NCBI RefSeq assembly: GCF_018977255.1
Contig: NW_024704753.1
Span: forward strand, 18,290,001-18,354,000
Length of the DNA stretch: 64,000 nucleotides
From: Callorhinchus milii
Taxonomy: Eukaryota
Direction of reading: 5' to 3'
The position numbers were made by a program, and so were the translations under genes. The notes beneath the pieces were generated by a model. It saw nothing but the letters and a program-made list of their open reading frames with translations. It made no database searches and was not told where the DNA came from. Of the stretch, positions 62,680-64,000 are shown piece after piece. How positions within the stretch are numbered: position 1 is the first letter of the stretch; every line of letters begins with the position of its first letter.

Positions 62680-64000
62680 TGGTATGGCAAGAAAAAGAAT
62701 CTTCTTACCTTTCCTTATGCCGGCTGCTCAGTGTGAAAATCTCGGGCTTCAGAATTGTTTCAGAACGTTGATGGTTTGTAACAGCCGTTGATCATTTTGG
62801 GAGCTGCTCATGTTATACCATGGAATTCGCACAGTTGAGTTTTTTGCCTTCCAGGACAGGTTCGCCTGCGTGCGTGGAATTACAGGCATTTTGATCACAT
62901 ACCCAGGCTTCCACTAGGATTTTATGAAATGAACTTCATAACTTCCGGGTGTCCTGTTTTCCCAAAATATTGCATTTTACAACACAATTGAGTGTTTTTA
63001 AGTATAACGCAGGAAAATAGAGCAATAAAGTGCGTGCCTCACATTCTGGGTTCATAGAGGGAGAGAGGGTGGAATTAGTTGAATAAAATTGGCAAATATA
63101 ATAGCTGTATAATCTAACATATATTACCATAGAAATGCACAGCAAGTTGATCAGCATCAGAAAACCAAATAGCTTAAGAGTTTGTCTAACCAACTTCTGC
63201 TGGGTGTTCTCTCCCCCAGTGTTAGCCTCACTCTCTCTCTCTCATTACTGATTGATGTGTGTCATGTTTTCACCATTTCACTGTTGTCTATTTCAGATTT
63301 CCAGCATTTCTAGCTCGTTTCGCGTCTCCTTCACGCCACATTCTTAGTTTCATTGTGCTGGGCTGAAAGCGAGTATGTTTGTCCTACGACCAATATATTT
63401 TTCGACTGACCAAAACTGCTTATTCCAATAGTAATTCCTCATAATTCACAGGTGTTTGAGTATGGGAAGGTGGGGTCAGCTGAGCTGCATATGTAACACG
63501 CTGACTAGATATTCTGTACCTCGCTGACAGCCACAAATAGGAGCTACGTGTTTTCGGTTTTATTTTAGGTTCCAACAAATATTGAACCATCATCCAAACC
63601 TCACAGGGCAGGAGGTCAGTCAGCAAAGTATTTTTAAATTCTTCCACTTCTCTGTCTCTTTTTCAAAAAAAAAATTGCAACCTATTTTACAGCAATATCA
63701 GGTCAACGACAACGTGCATTTATATAGCGCCTCTCATGCAGGAAAGGGTCCCAGGTTGTGTATATTTCCTGCAATCAAGCAATGAAATCATCGCTATGAG
63801 TGTGTGAGGGAACCTCAGTCTTATTATACTGATGCAGTTTAAGCAACACACAAGTTTCCATATCGGTTGCAAGAAAAATAATCCACCTCATTTTCCACCG
63901 TTGCACCATTCATTCCCAGGAATGCCATCCCTCTGAAGGTTTCCGTTGTTCAAATTGACACTAATCAGAATCTCTTTAGCTAATGATAATAATAATAATT

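Overview
This is vertebrate genomic DNA with one 530-N assembly gap. The repeats point to a cartilaginous fish, most likely a holocephalan such as Callorhinchus milii; that species call is an inference. Six intron-containing genes were rebuilt exon by exon with consistent splice phases: CCDC174 (-), IRAK2 (-), RPL32 (-), EFCAB12 (-), MBD4 (-) and IFT122 (+). MBD4 and IFT122 share a head-to-head CpG-island promoter. The introns are packed with a tRNA-derived SINE that has a LINE2-like tail (two subfamilies), plus LINE2 and CR1 3' fragments. Most ORFs in the supplied track are repeat or low-complexity artefacts. I see no evidence of a wholly new multi-gene system. The most interesting signals concern gene architecture: an EFCAB12 intron that is essentially one SINE, a retroposon-derived C-terminal extension and an extra mini-intron in MBD4, an IRAK2 pseudokinase that keeps DFG, inverted SINEs around the IRAK2 death-domain exon, a U12 intron in IFT122, GC-AG introns, and a structured RPL32 intron.
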